A stretch of DNA of 64,000 nt from Candidatus Latescibacterota bacterium. GTDB lineage: Bacteria; Latescibacterota; UBA2968; GCA-2709665. The DNA lies in NCBI GenBank assembly GCA_965226795.1, contig CBDDDZ010000002.1, positions 160,001 through 224,000 on the forward strand. The letters run 5' to 3'. Of this stretch, positions 50,515 through 61,800 are shown piece by piece. How positions within the stretch are numbered: position 1 is the stretch's first letter; each line of letters opens with the position of its first letter. A model generated the notes under the pieces. It saw only the letters and a program-made list of their open reading frames with translations. It had not been told where the DNA came from and ran no database searches. The translations under genes were made by a program, and so were the position numbers.

Positions 50515-51351
50515 GTGGGACCGATCCGTGCGCGGCCTGTCGACGGTTTGAAGGCGCTCCTGATGGTGGGCGTAGCCTCTTTCGCGCTGTTTCCGTTTCT
50601 GGTTGTCGTGGGAACCTCTCTGAAGACGCTGAGCGAGGTGTTTCAATCGCCGGCGACGCTTGTGCCGCGACTTATCGTGTGGCAGAATTACCTGGACATT
50701 TTCGTCCGGATTCCCATGACGCGCCATCTGGTGAACAGTTTGATTATTGCCACGGGAACGACGGTTCTGAACATCACGACCGCGGCACCGGCGGCCTATG
50801 CCATGGCCCGCATCAGGTTCCGGGGGCGCGGGGTGTTCGGCCTGGGTATCCTTGTGATGCAGATGTTTTCACCCGTGATCGTCCTGATACCCCTTTTCAA
50901 GGTGATGAAGGCGCTCAATCTGCTTGATACATACAGTGGCCTGATTCTGGTGAATACCGCCGTCACCCTGCCGTTCTCGATCTGGTTGTTGACCGGGTTT
51001 TTTAAACGTATTCCCGAAGAACTGGAAGATGCCGCGATGATCGACGGCCTCTCCAGGACGGGGATGCTGTTCAGGATCGCCCTCCCGCTGACGGGGCCGG
51101 GACTGGTAACGACCGCCATCTTTACGTTCATAACCGCCTGGAACGAGTTCATCTTCGCCCTGGTGCTGGTTTCCAGACGGGAGATGCAGCCGATTACAAT
51201 GGCGCTCTATTCGTGGGAGAAGAACAATGTGGTAGAATGGAACTATCTGATGGCAACCGCTGTCGTGGCGACCATTCCCACCGTGCTGCTGTTTCTGCTG
51301 GTCCGGAAGCGGCTGACGGCAGGACTGATGTCGGGCGCGGTGAAGTCGTAA
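50515..51351 (+). CDS. Sugar ABC transporter permease
   Basis: IPEELEDAAMIDG, AWNEF, GLMSGAVK; GTG 50515 follows a GGAGGGAG RBS. Confidence 0.9.
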   Translation: MGPIRARPVDGLKALLMVGVASFALFPFLVVVGTSLKTLSEVFQSPATLVPRLIVWQNYLDIFVRIPMTRHLVNSLIIATGTTVLNITTAAPAAYAMARIRFRGRGVFGLGILVMQMFSPVIVLIPLFKVMKALNLLDTYSGLILVNTAVTLPFSIWLLTGFFKRIPEELEDAAMIDGLSRTGMLFRIALPLTGPGLVTTAIFTFITAWNEFIFALVLVSRREMQPITMALYSWEKNNVVEWNYLMATAVVATIPTVLLFLLVRKRLTAGLMSGAVKS

Positions 51352-51377
51352 GCGCGTTGTGCCCGAATATCCGGTGG

Positions 51378-52493
51378 CTATCCGGTGGCATCCCGCAGCA
51401 GCGCGCCCCCGGTCTCCCGGTCGAAGAGGTGTAACGCTGAGAGGTCGAACGCCAGGTGGACCTCCTCGTTCACCGACGGCGTCCGGTCTGCGGACACCCG
51501 GGCGACACAGGAAGCGCGCCCGGCGGTGAGGTAGAGATAGGTCTCATGTCCCATCGGTTCGACCACTTCGACTTTCGCGGTGACGTCTTCTGTTTCCCGG
51601 TGCCCGTTGGTTGATGACGCATAGAAGATGTGCTCGGGCCGGATGCCGAGGATGACCCGCCGGCCGAGGTGGCTTTTCAAGCGGTGGTCGTATCGGTTCA
51701 GGATCGGGAGGCGGAGGCCATCTCCCGAGAATACCAGGCCACCGTCCTGAATGAGTTCGCCCTCCAGAAAATTCATCGACGGGCTGCCGATAAAGCCGGC
51801 TACGAACCGGTTCGCCGGGCGCCGGTAGAGATGAACCGGAGCGCCGATCTGCTGAATTCGTCCATCCTGCATCACGACGAGCCGGTCGCCCATTGTCATT
51901 GCCTCGACCTGGTCGTGGGTGACGTAGATCATCGTGGTGCCGAGCCGGGTGTGCAGCTTGCTGAGTTCGGTTCGCATCTGAACTCTCAACCTGGCGTCCA
52001 GGTTGGACAGGGGCTCGTCGAAGAGGAACGCCTTCGGTTTCCGAACGATGGCGCGACCTACGGCCACCCGCTGTCGCTGTCCTCCGGACAGTTCCTTCGG
52101 CTTTCGGTCCAGCAGGTCTTCGATTCCCAGGATGTCCGCCACCTCCCGCACCCGGGCGTCGATTTCCGCCTTCGGATATCTTCTCAGTTTCAGCCCGAAT
52201 GCCATGTTTTCGTAGACGGCCATATGGGGGTACAGGGCGTAGTTCTGGAAGACCATCGCGATGTTCCGGTCTTTGGGCGGGAGGTCGTTCGCCAGGCTTC
52301 CGTCAATGTGGATTTCTCCCCCGGTCACGTCCTCCAGGCCGGCAACCAGTCGGAGGGTGGTCGATTTTCCGCATCCCGAAGGCCCGACCAGCACGACGAA
52401 CTCCCCATCGTCAACGTGGAGGCTGAAGTCCTCTACCGCTACGGTGTTCCTGTTGTAGATCTTCCGGACGTTTTTCAGGGTTACGGTTGCCAT
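51378..52493 (-). CDS. MalK/MsmX/UgpC-type ABC ATPase
   Basis: GPSGCGKS, VFQNYALYPH, LSGGQRQR, DEPLSNLDA; start MATVTL with GGAGG RBS. Confidence 0.95.
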   Translation of the reverse strand: MATVTLKNVRKIYNRNTVAVEDFSLHVDDGEFVVLVGPSGCGKSTTLRLVAGLEDVTGGEIHIDGSLANDLPPKDRNIAMVFQNYALYPHMAVYENMAFGLKLRRYPKAEIDARVREVADILGIEDLLDRKPKELSGGQRQRVAVGRAIVRKPKAFLFDEPLSNLDARLRVQMRTELSKLHTRLGTTMIYVTHDQVEAMTMGDRLVVMQDGRIQQIGAPVHLYRRPANRFVAGFIGSPSMNFLEGELIQDGGLVFSGDGLRLPILNRYDHRLKSHLGRRVILGIRPEHIFYASSTNGHRETEDVTAKVEVVEPMGHETYLYLTAGRASCVARVSADRTPSVNEEVHLAFDLSALHLFDRETGGALLRDATG

Positions 52494-52617
52494 CCTGCCC
52501 CTTCCTCCCGGTGAGATGTGATGAACTGGATAAAGTAAGCATATCCATTCGGAATAACAAGCTCCCCGACATTCTTCCGGGGCTTTTGCTTCGCTCATTT
52601 TACAGGAGGGTGTTCCA

Positions 52618-55600
52618 TTGACCGGGACACGGATTGAGACGTTGAAGGAGATGCACCTCATCACGGACCTTCGGGAAGGGGCGGAGATCGTCGCGCCGAC
52701 CGACCCGGCCTGGACGCACCTGACCCAGCGGCTGCAGGAGATGATCCGGGAGCATGCGGGTGTGGATCTGCCGATTGTGGATCCGGCCGGCCGGTCGCCG
52801 CTGCCCGAGGGCAGGCACCGTGTGCTGTTGGGCAACGCGATGGTCAACGAATCCATCATGGCGTTGTACCGTCGGCAATATGCGTTTATGGATGAGTACT
52901 ATCCGGGTGGAGAGGGGTATGTGATCCGGACGGTGCACAATCCGGAGAACTGCGGCTATAACGCGTTGCTGGTGGGGGGCAGTTCGGTGGCGGGTGCCGC
53001 AGCGGCGCTGGTGGCGCTGGAGGGGGTTCTGGTGACGACCGGAGGGCGTCCGGGGTATACGAACCTGGCGCGGTCGGATACGCACGAGGCACTGTTGCCG
53101 AATATGACTCCGGAGGCGTTTCGGGAGCGGACGGTGGCGGCGTTTCAAGGCAACGCAGGCCGCGGACCGATCGAACAGGGGGTCACGCTGGGCCTCGCTC
53201 ACCACTTCACGAACGATCCGGACTGTGCGCGGATGTTCCGGGACGTCCTTTTCTACTACGAAGATCTGGTAAAGAACCGCTACGGCGGGGAGTGGTGTTT
53301 CGAGCATATGCTGTTTATCTACGCCTGGACCTGGCGGCTGTTTTACGTCTGGGATCTGATTGAGGAGAGCGATGCGTTCACGGATGCGGAGCGTCTCCGG
53401 ATGACCAACTTGCTCTGGGGGTTGACACATTACGTGGCGGGTCTGGGTTATTTCGCCGGCGAGGAGCCGCCGCCCCTGGAAATCCGGCAGAACCATCCCA
53501 CGTTCGCGGGACTGAGCATGTCGTCCAGCGCGGGGTATTTCAAGGCTTACTACGGGGTCGAGAATTTCGAAAAAGAACTCCGCTTCTGCCGGGCGATTTT
53601 CGACGGGCAGGCCGATTGTTACAAACCCAACGACGACGGCGGAGGCGGGGGGTACTGCTGGCTGGTGCCCAACCACCAGATGGTTTACGATCTGAAGCGG
53701 GATGATTTTCGCTATTTAAAGGGCGGGCACCTGCGGGAGATCGCGGACTACGCAATTCTGATTACGGACAATCTGGGATCCCCGGCGGGTTTCGGAGACG
53801 TGGGGGCCTACGGCTTGCGGCGAAGCGCTTCGCCCGGGGTGGCGGGCACGCTGTGCAAGGCAGCCTGGTACTATAAAGACGGGTGCTATCTCTGGGCGCT
53901 GGAATGGATGGGCGGAGCGCCGCGGCACGACTGTTTCTTCAAGTCGGTCCCGAAGCGGATTGCCGACCACATGGCGGGGATCGCGATCGCGCGGTTCAAC
54001 CGGCCGCTCTACGAGTGGACGCAGCGGCACGGTCCTGGCGGGGCGAACGTGCCCATCCGGGAGGCCTTTGACAAGTTAACGTTGCGGGGCGGTTTCGAGG
54101 AGGAGGATCTCTACCTGCTGCTGGACGGGACGTCGACGTTCGCGCACGGGCACGAGGACGGGAATTCGATCGAGCGGCTGACGTGGAAGGGGCGGATGTG
54201 GCTGGCGGAGACGGATTACATCTGGAAACGGCCGAGACACCACTCGTCGGTCGTGTCGATCTGCGACGGAGAAAGCTCGGAGATGCCGTCGCTGGTGGCG
54301 CTGAAGTGGGTGGAAGATTTCGGGGATGCCGCGTTTACCCGGACGGTCGTGCCGGATTACAACGGGGTGGACTGGACGCGGGATATCTTCTGGCTGAAGG
54401 GAAAGTACCTGCTGGTTGCGGACTCCCTAAGGTTGTTGAAAGATGCCGACTACGATCTGCGGTGTCTGTGGCGAACGCTCGGTGAGGTGCGGCAGGACGG
54501 AAGCGGGGTGACCGTGGAACAGGAGGGGGTGTACTTCCGGATTCAGAACGCGGATGACTCGGATAAGTCTCTGGAGACGGAGGAAGCGCGTGTTGCAGGG
54601 CAGGATCCCTACGGAGGGTACCCGTACGCAGACGGTCCGATCCGGATCTCCAAACAGCGCAAGACGCTTCGCGGACAGGCCGGAGAGGTGGAACGGTATT
54701 TCAATCTGCTTGTTGCAGGGACGGAGGCGGAAGTCACTGCGTGTCGAATGGAGCGGATTGGAGAGGGCATGGTGCGGATAGAAGGTCCGGACGGCCCGGT
54801 CGTCTTCGGAGTGGGGGAGGATGGGGTGCAGGTGGGCGGGATACGGATTGATGCGCGGGTGGAGCATGACAAAATCAGGTTTCTGGAAACGGATGGATCC
54901 GGGTCTCCTTACATACACCGGCGGGCGCCCGCCGAGAACCGATTCGTCCCGAAGGAGGAGCCGGCACTCAGGGCGGTCTGGGAGGCCGATGCGGGTGGTG
55001 AGGTTCGGTGCATAGATGTGAGGGGTGAATCGATTGCGGTGGGAACCGCCGGCGGGAAGGTTGTCCTGCTGGACCCGGACGGGCAGTCCCTGTGGACGCG
55101 CGAGACGGGCGCCGAAGTGCGTACGGTGCATCTGGCGGACCTGGGGGCGGGGAAGTTGCTGGCGGGCGGTCGGGACTGCGCGCTGACCCTGTTCGACGGT
55201 GCGGGCACGGTCTGCTGGAAGCGGGAGTTTATCGTGTCCCACGGGCGCGACCAGATCGTGAACGCCGTGAGGACGGCGGATCTCATGGGAGACGGGCAGA
55301 CGGAGGTCGTGGTCGCCACGGACGGGTGGCTGGTGTGGGCACTCGGTCCGGATGGCGAGGAGATCTGGCAGCGGCAGATCGAACACCACGCCGCGCAGTC
55401 GCTGGTAATTGGAGACGTGGAAGGGAACGGAAAGCAGGAGGTCCTGGTTGGAACTGAGTACCACACGTCGAATATGCTGGAGGCCGACGGAAGCGTCCGG
55501 TGGACGGTGCGTGGGGGACCCTGTTTTACCGCGCTGGCGCTTACGGATCTGAACGGGGACGGGGTGAAGGAATCGGTTTACGGGGCCATGGATGGCAGCG

Positions 55601-55995
55601 TCTGTGCGGTTGACTCGATTTCGGGAAAAACCATGTGGAAGGCGAATCTGGGAGATGATGTCCGTTACGGTGTTGTGGTGAAGAGGGACAGTCTGGTGGC
55701 GGGCAGCGAGAGCGGGAACGTGGCGCTGTTGAGCGCCGAGGGCGGGCGGCGGTGGCGCCGGGACCTGAACGCGGCGGTGACGGGTCTGGTACTTCTTGAT
55801 GACGGCGAAGAGGAGGTCATCGCTGCGGGGACTTCCGGAGGATGGATCGTGCTCCTTTCCCTTAGAGGCGAAATCGTTGGGAACCACCGGCTGGATGGGG
55901 GGATTTCCGCGCTGGCCGCCCTGGATCCTGCCGATGGACCGGGCCTCCTGGTGGGCACGGATACCAACGCTGTGACGGCGCTGAGTCGGCGATGA
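52618..55995 (+). CDS. Lyase-like + beta-propeller protein (paralog 5)
   Basis: VLLGNA, YPGG.GY.IRT, RQNHP, KPNDD, FGD, FDKL.LRGGF, AHGHEDGNS; AGGAGG RBS before TTG. Confidence 0.7.
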   Translation: MTGTRIETLKEMHLITDLREGAEIVAPTDPAWTHLTQRLQEMIREHAGVDLPIVDPAGRSPLPEGRHRVLLGNAMVNESIMALYRRQYAFMDEYYPGGEGYVIRTVHNPENCGYNALLVGGSSVAGAAAALVALEGVLVTTGGRPGYTNLARSDTHEALLPNMTPEAFRERTVAAFQGNAGRGPIEQGVTLGLAHHFTNDPDCARMFRDVLFYYEDLVKNRYGGEWCFEHMLFIYAWTWRLFYVWDLIEESDAFTDAERLRMTNLLWGLTHYVAGLGYFAGEEPPPLEIRQNHPTFAGLSMSSSAGYFKAYYGVENFEKELRFCRAIFDGQADCYKPNDDGGGGGYCWLVPNHQMVYDLKRDDFRYLKGGHLREIADYAILITDNLGSPAGFGDVGAYGLRRSASPGVAGTLCKAAWYYKDGCYLWALEWMGGAPRHDCFFKSVPKRIADHMAGIAIARFNRPLYEWTQRHGPGGANVPIREAFDKLTLRGGFEEEDLYLLLDGTSTFAHGHEDGNSIERLTWKGRMWLAETDYIWKRPRHHSSVVSICDGESSEMPSLVALKWVEDFGDAAFTRTVVPDYNGVDWTRDIFWLKGKYLLVADSLRLLKDADYDLRCLWRTLGEVRQDGSGVTVEQEGVYFRIQNADDSDKSLETEEARVAGQDPYGGYPYADGPIRISKQRKTLRGQAGEVERYFNLLVAGTEAEVTACRMERIGEGMVRIEGPDGPVVFGVGEDGVQVGGIRIDARVEHDKIRFLETDGSGSPYIHRRAPAENRFVPKEEPALRAVWEADAGGEVRCIDVRGESIAVGTAGGKVVLLDPDGQSLWTRETGAEVRTVHLADLGAGKLLAGGRDCALTLFDGAGTVCWKREFIVSHGRDQIVNAVRTADLMGDGQTEVVVATDGWLVWALGPDGEEIWQRQIEHHAAQSLVIGDVEGNGKQEVLVGTEYHTSNMLEADGSVRWTVRGGPCFTALALTDLNGDGVKESVYGAMDGSVCAVDSISGKTMWKANLGDDVRYGVVVKRDSLVAGSESGNVALLSAEGGRRWRRDLNAAVTGLVLLDDGEEEVIAAGTSGGWIVLLSLRGEIVGNHRLDGGISALAALDPADGPGLLVGTDTNAVTALSRR

Positions 55996-58745
55996 TGCGT
56001 TCGGGTTCGAAATCGGGATGGTCGAGGGGCTGCGCCCTCGCTGCTGCAATGGTGGTTGTATGGGGGTCGAGTTGTGAGGGTGAGAATGTGAACATCCGGG
56101 ATTTGCTGCGAGGCCGGGGGATCAGCGAGGCGCTGTTGAAGGCCGAACGGGCCCATCCCTACCTTTTCTTTGCGGCCGAAGATGTACCCCGTCTGCGCGA
56201 GATGGCCGGGCGGGAACCGTATCGGACGTGCGCGGAGGGGATCGTTCGCGCGGCCCGGCTGACGCTGGAAAATCCGATCCCGGCGGAACCTCTGGCAGGG
56301 GCGGCCGAGAGCCGGTTGCCCGATGGCAGCTACGACGGGTCGTTTCTGAAGGCGACCTACGATTTTCTGTCCTACGCATACGCGATGCAATACTATGGTC
56401 CGCTGTATGCGTTTGCCTACCTGCTGACGGAGGAGGAGGTGTTCGCAGAACGGGCAAAGGCGTGGGCGCTGGCGTTTGCGGGCTGGGAGAACTGGGGGCC
56501 GGCGGCCGATCCATGGGATATGGAGGCGGCCATGATCCTGTCGGGGGCGGTGATTGTCTACGATTGGATTCCGGAACAATTCTCCGATGCGGAGCGGGAG
56601 CGGCTGCTTTCGGGACTGCGCGAGAAGGGGCGGAAGCTGTGTGAGAAGGACGCGTACTGGCTGACACAGGACCCGGCGGCGCGGCGCGGAGGGCTCGCGA
56701 ATAACCATCGGTGGCGGAGCATACCGCTGGAGGGTCTGGCCGGGCTGGGGCTGCTCTACGAGGTCGAAGAGGCGCGGGACTGGCTGGATATGGGACTGGT
56801 GCTGACGCGGGAATACCTGCTGCCGGCGGCCTACGGGCGGGACGGGGAGCGGATGGAGGGACGGGGATGGCTGGGGGTCTGCCTGAGCGACGGAGGGCGG
56901 TTCATGGAGGCACTGGCCCGAAACAGAGGGCCGGATCTGTTCGATACGGCGCCGCTGCGCCGGCTTTCGCACTTTCTGATTTTCGGGATGGAAATGTACC
57001 GGTCACGCGGGCATTACAGCGAGCGGGCGGGTCTGCTGGTGCATGCCCGGAGGCTGCACGACACGGCGCTTCAATGGCTGGCTCTGAAGCACGATCTGGA
57101 CCCCGATATGGAGGGATATCCGGCGTACTGGTACAACCGGGACAAGGTGCTTTATATGCCAAAGACCCTATACACTGTATCCCTCCGATGGGATGCGGAG
57201 GCCGGCCGGGTGGAGGTCCGGGTGAACGGTGCCCTGAGGGATCGGCAGGGGATTGACGGCGTGCAGGGGATCGACCGGGTCACGATCCAGGTTGCGGGCG
57301 ACCGGGTTGAGATCGCTTCTTTGGAGGTCCTGGACGGGGCTGGCCAGGTCGTGGACCGCCTGGACGGACCGGTGGCGCTGGCGGGTGAGGGAGCGGAGAC
57401 GGCCCTCAGGTTTGACCGCCTGCGCGCCGGCGAGGTACGGGCATCTCTGCAAAAGGACCGATCGGACGCCGGACGGGCCTCGATGATGCTGATGTCCGGA
57501 GGGCGGCACGTGCGGGGCATTGTGTTTACCGGTGAGCACGAGATCGCCAAGGTGGTTGAAGGGATGGACGGAACGTATACGTTGGGCGTTGTCGCGGCGA
57601 AGGGGCTTTATTTCCACGGGCCATGGGAGTTCCTGTTCCACGACGAGAGTCTGGCGTCGGAGGCCCCGAAGAGGGATGTGACAGGGTTCCACTTCCGGGA
57701 CCTGGGGCTGGTGAAGTTACACGATTCGCTCCGCCCGGAGGGTGTGCACGTCACGTTCACGTCCGGGCCGGAAGTGAGCAAGGAGCAGGGGGATAAGAAT
57801 GCGTTTACGCTCAAGGCGTTCGGGGAGGAGTTGTTGACGCCTTTGCGGACGCCGAAGACGGGAGAGGCGGTCCTGACCCAGGCGCAGTACGATTTGACGG
57901 CCTGGTACGAAGGCACGCCTGGGCGTAACACCATCCTGGTGGATGGAAGGGGACAGCCGACGGTGCACGAGGAAAGCCCGGTTCCGCGTGAGTACGAACT
58001 GCAATGGCTGGGGGAAGAGGAGGTGGCGAAGAGCGGCCGGATCGAAGAAACATTTTTTTCCCCGGACTACGATTACGTACGAGGGGAGGCGGCGCGGGCG
58101 TACCGGCCCATGCTGGAGACCTACCGGCGCCATCTGATGTTTTTGAAGCCGCTCGGTGATCCGGACCTTCGCTACCTGGTGCTGTTCGATGAGATCGAGA
58201 CCGCGGGCGGGGCGCCCCGAAAGGTCGAGTGGCGACTGCTGAGCCCGTGCGGGAAGGTGACAGGCGCAGGCGGCGCGTTCCGGATCGAGGGACACTCGGC
58301 AATGGTGCACGTAACGCACCTCTGGCCCGAGGCGTCGACGGTGAGGATCGACTCCACGCCCGCGCCCCGGGAGTCGGACCGGCTGCCCTATCTACGGTTT
58401 CCGGCGCCTGGGCCGGTGCAACGGGTACACTACCTCCACCTGCTTCAGCCGATGCGGGCGGATTCCGGTGAGCCGGTTTCGGCGGAGCGGGTGATTGGGC
58501 AGGGCGGGATCGGCATGCGAGTGAGCGGCCCGGAGGAGACCGCGCTGGCGGTCTTCAGGACAGGAGATGGATCGGTAACCGCGGGTGGCTTGACCACTGA
58601 CGCCTACGCCTGTCTGATTCGGAGGGAAAAGGACGGCGGCGGGTCGGTTGTAATACACGGCGGGACGTTTGTCGAGTGGGAGGGGAGACGCCTCTTCACG
58701 TCGGACGATGCGGTGAGCGTCCGGGTTAAGGTGCCGGTGGAATAA
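55992..58745 (+). CDS. DUF4962/heparinase II/III-family protein with signal peptide
   Basis: HPYLFF, NNH, DG..EG..W, HFRDLG, NTILVDGRGQ, YVRGEA..AY. Confidence 0.75.
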   Translation: MMRSGSKSGWSRGCALAAAMVVVWGSSCEGENVNIRDLLRGRGISEALLKAERAHPYLFFAAEDVPRLREMAGREPYRTCAEGIVRAARLTLENPIPAEPLAGAAESRLPDGSYDGSFLKATYDFLSYAYAMQYYGPLYAFAYLLTEEEVFAERAKAWALAFAGWENWGPAADPWDMEAAMILSGAVIVYDWIPEQFSDAERERLLSGLREKGRKLCEKDAYWLTQDPAARRGGLANNHRWRSIPLEGLAGLGLLYEVEEARDWLDMGLVLTREYLLPAAYGRDGERMEGRGWLGVCLSDGGRFMEALARNRGPDLFDTAPLRRLSHFLIFGMEMYRSRGHYSERAGLLVHARRLHDTALQWLALKHDLDPDMEGYPAYWYNRDKVLYMPKTLYTVSLRWDAEAGRVEVRVNGALRDRQGIDGVQGIDRVTIQVAGDRVEIASLEVLDGAGQVVDRLDGPVALAGEGAETALRFDRLRAGEVRASLQKDRSDAGRASMMLMSGGRHVRGIVFTGEHEIAKVVEGMDGTYTLGVVAAKGLYFHGPWEFLFHDESLASEAPKRDVTGFHFRDLGLVKLHDSLRPEGVHVTFTSGPEVSKEQGDKNAFTLKAFGEELLTPLRTPKTGEAVLTQAQYDLTAWYEGTPGRNTILVDGRGQPTVHEESPVPREYELQWLGEEEVAKSGRIEETFFSPDYDYVRGEAARAYRPMLETYRRHLMFLKPLGDPDLRYLVLFDEIETAGGAPRKVEWRLLSPCGKVTGAGGAFRIEGHSAMVHVTHLWPEASTVRIDSTPAPRESDRLPYLRFPAPGPVQRVHYLHLLQPMRADSGEPVSAERVIGQGGIGMRVSGPEETALAVFRTGDGSVTAGGLTTDAYACLIRREKDGGGSVVIHGGTFVEWEGRRLFTSDDAVSVRVKVPVE

Positions 58746-58808
58746 GCAATGGATAGAACAGGGCTTTGAACGGGGTCGGGACCTGAGGGGTTCCGGAAGG
58801 GACGCGCG

Positions 58809-61800
58809 ATGGCCGAGGAACGTATTGAGAGGTTGAAGAAGATGCACCTGGCCACGGATCTCAGGGAGGGGGCGGAGATCGTGGCGCCGGCGGACCCGGC
58901 CTGGGCGCCCTTTGGCCGTCGGCTTCGGGAGATGATCCGGGCGCATGCGGGTGTGGCGCTGCCGGTAGTGGATCCGGCGGGCTTGTCGCCCCTGCCGGCG
59001 GGCCGGCACCGCGTGCTGCTGGGCAATGCGATGATCAACGAATCGATCATGGCGCTGTACCGGCGGCAATACGCGTATGTGGACGAGTTTTATCCTGGCG
59101 GCGATGGGTATGCGATTCGCACCGTGCACAACCCTGAGAATTGCGGCCGCAACGTGCTGCTGGTCGGCGCGAGCAGGGTGGAGGGCGCGGCTGCGGCGAT
59201 GGAAGTGTTGGAGGGGGTCCTGGCGAGGACCGGGGGGCGTTTGGGGTATACCAATCTGTCCCGGTCCGAGGTCCACGAAACGCTGCTGCCGGAGATGACG
59301 CCGGAGGCGTTCCGGGAGTGGGTGGCGGAGATGTTTCGGAACAACCTCAGCTACTACCCGGTCGAGCAGGGGACTTTCCTGGGGCTGGTCCACCACCTTA
59401 CGCACGATCCCGGCTGCGCGCGGATGTTCCGGGACGCCCTATTTTACTACGAGGACCTGGTGAGGAACCGCTACGGCGGGAACTGGCTGTTTGAGCATAT
59501 GCTGTTTATTTACTCCTGGGCGTGGCGGCTGTTCATGGTCTGGGACCTGATCGAGGAGAGCGATGCGTTTACCGATGCCGAACGCCTCCGAATCACAAAT
59601 GTGCTGTGGGGGCTGGCGAATTACGTAGCCGGCACGCGCTATTTCAAGAAGGAGACACCCCCGCCCGTGGAGATCCGGCAGAACCACTGGACGTTTGCGG
59701 GCTTGAGCGGGTCGTTCTGCGCACGGTATTTCGAGGCCTACTACGGAATCACCGAATTTGAGAAACAGACCCGGTTCTCGCAGGCGGTTTTCGACGGGCA
59801 GGCGGAGAGCTACAAGCCGAACGACGATGCAGGGGGCGGATGGTGGGGCTACTGCTGGCTGGCGCCGTACCACCAGGTGATTTACGATCTGAAGCGAGAC
59901 GATTTCCGCTTCCTGGAGAACGGCCAACTCCGGGCCTTTGCCGACTACGGCATCCAGGTGACGGACAATCTGGGCGTTCCGGTGAGCTTCGGGGATGCGT
60001 GGTCGTACATCGAACCGGGCCGGTACGCGGTAGCGCTCAAGAATAAAACCATCTCGCTCGAGTTCGCTATGGCCCTTTGTACCGCAGCCTGGTACTATGA
60101 AGACGGGAGCTATCTGTGGGCACTGGACTGGATGGGCGGCGCGCCGTATCCGGGCTGTTATTACCGGGAGCTTCCAAAGAGCGTACCCGACCGGTTGGCC
60201 GGGATCGCGATTTCGCCGTTCAACCGGTCGCTTTACGAATGGGTGGAGCGGCACGCGCGGGGCGGAGCGAACGTGCCGATCGAAGAAGCGTTCGACAAAC
60301 TGGTTCTGCGCGGAGGGTTCGAAAGGGACGACGAATATCTCCTGCTGGACGGTACATCGACATTTGCGCACGGACACGAAGACGGCAACTCGATCGAACG
60401 GCTGACGTGGAAGGGGCGGATGTGGCTGGCGGAATTGGATTATATCTGGAAACGTCCCCGGCACCATGGTTCGGTCGTGTCGATCTGCGGCGGTGAAACT
60501 GTGGAGTCGCCGCCGCTGGTGGCGCTGAAATGGGCGGAGGAATTCGGAAGGACCGCGTTCACACGCACGGTTGTGCCGGGATATAACGGCGTGGACTGGA
60601 CTCGAGATATTTTCTGGGTGAAGGGCGGGTTCTTTCTGGTCGCGGATTCGCTCAGGCTGCTTCAGGACGCGGATTACGATCTCAGGTGCCTGTGGCGGAC
60701 GCTCGGCGAGGTCCGGCAGCACGGGAGTGAGCTGACCGTGGAACAGAAGGGGGTGTACTTCCGTATCCAGAATGCGGATGATTCGGAAAAGTCCCTCGTG
60801 ACGGAAGAGGCCCGCGTTGCGGGAACCGACCCCTACGAATTGTACGCGTTTGCAGACGGCCCGATCCGGATTTTCAGCCAGCACAAGGCGCTGCATGGTC
60901 AGCAGGGACACGTGGAGCGGTATTTCAACCTGATGGTGGCGGGGTCGCAGGCGGAGATCGATGCGTGGCGGATCGAACGGATCGGCGAGGGCCTGGTCAG
61001 GGTGGAGCACACCGACGGCCCGGCTGTTTTCGGAATTACCGATGGGGAAGCGCAGATAGGGGGGTTCCGAATTGCCGCCGATGCGTTCGCGTTGACCGAA
61101 TCGTCCATCGTGCTGCTCAACGGGACCGGGCTGTGGGCGGATGGAGTGATGTTTGAGACCGAGGCGCCGGTGCATGTGATGCTGTATCCGGGCGGGGGGC
61201 GGGGGGAAGTTCGTGTGAACGAGGAGACTCGTATCCGGACGGAGGGCATTTGTCTTGACGGGGCGGCGGCGCCGGACACGCTTCCGGCTGGAACCCACGA
61301 AATGACGTTCGAATCCGGCTCTCCGGATGTACTGTACGAAGCCGTTCGGGCGGGCGCGTCCTACACGCATCGGAGAGCACCCAAAGCACATGGTTTTGTG
61401 CCGACGGATACACTGCCGCTCAGGCGACTCTGGGAGGCGCAGGTCGAGGGCCCGGTCCGATGCGCCGACGTGGGGGGTGAATCGACCGCTGTCGGGACGA
61501 GCGGGGGGCAGGTACTTCTGCTGGACCGGGACGGCCGGATCCGATGGAAGCGAGAAACCGGCGCGGAAGTGCGCGCCGTTCACCTTGCGGATCTGGAGGT
61601 GGGCGGGCTTCTGACCGGCGGCAGGGACCGAGCGCTGACGCTGTTCGATTCTGACGGCGAGGTTTGCTGGAGGCGGTCGTTTTCGGAGTCCCATGGGGTG
61701 GATCAGAATGTGAACGCTGTGACGACGGCGGATCTGACCGGAGACGGCAACCGGGTGATCCTGGCGGCTACGGATGGGTGGCTGGTGTGGGCTCTGGCGC

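Noticed and set aside
52494..52859. N-terminal extension of the MalK ORF to 52859
   Set aside because: Overlaps paralog 5 on the other strand; the real start MATVTL at 52493 has an RBS
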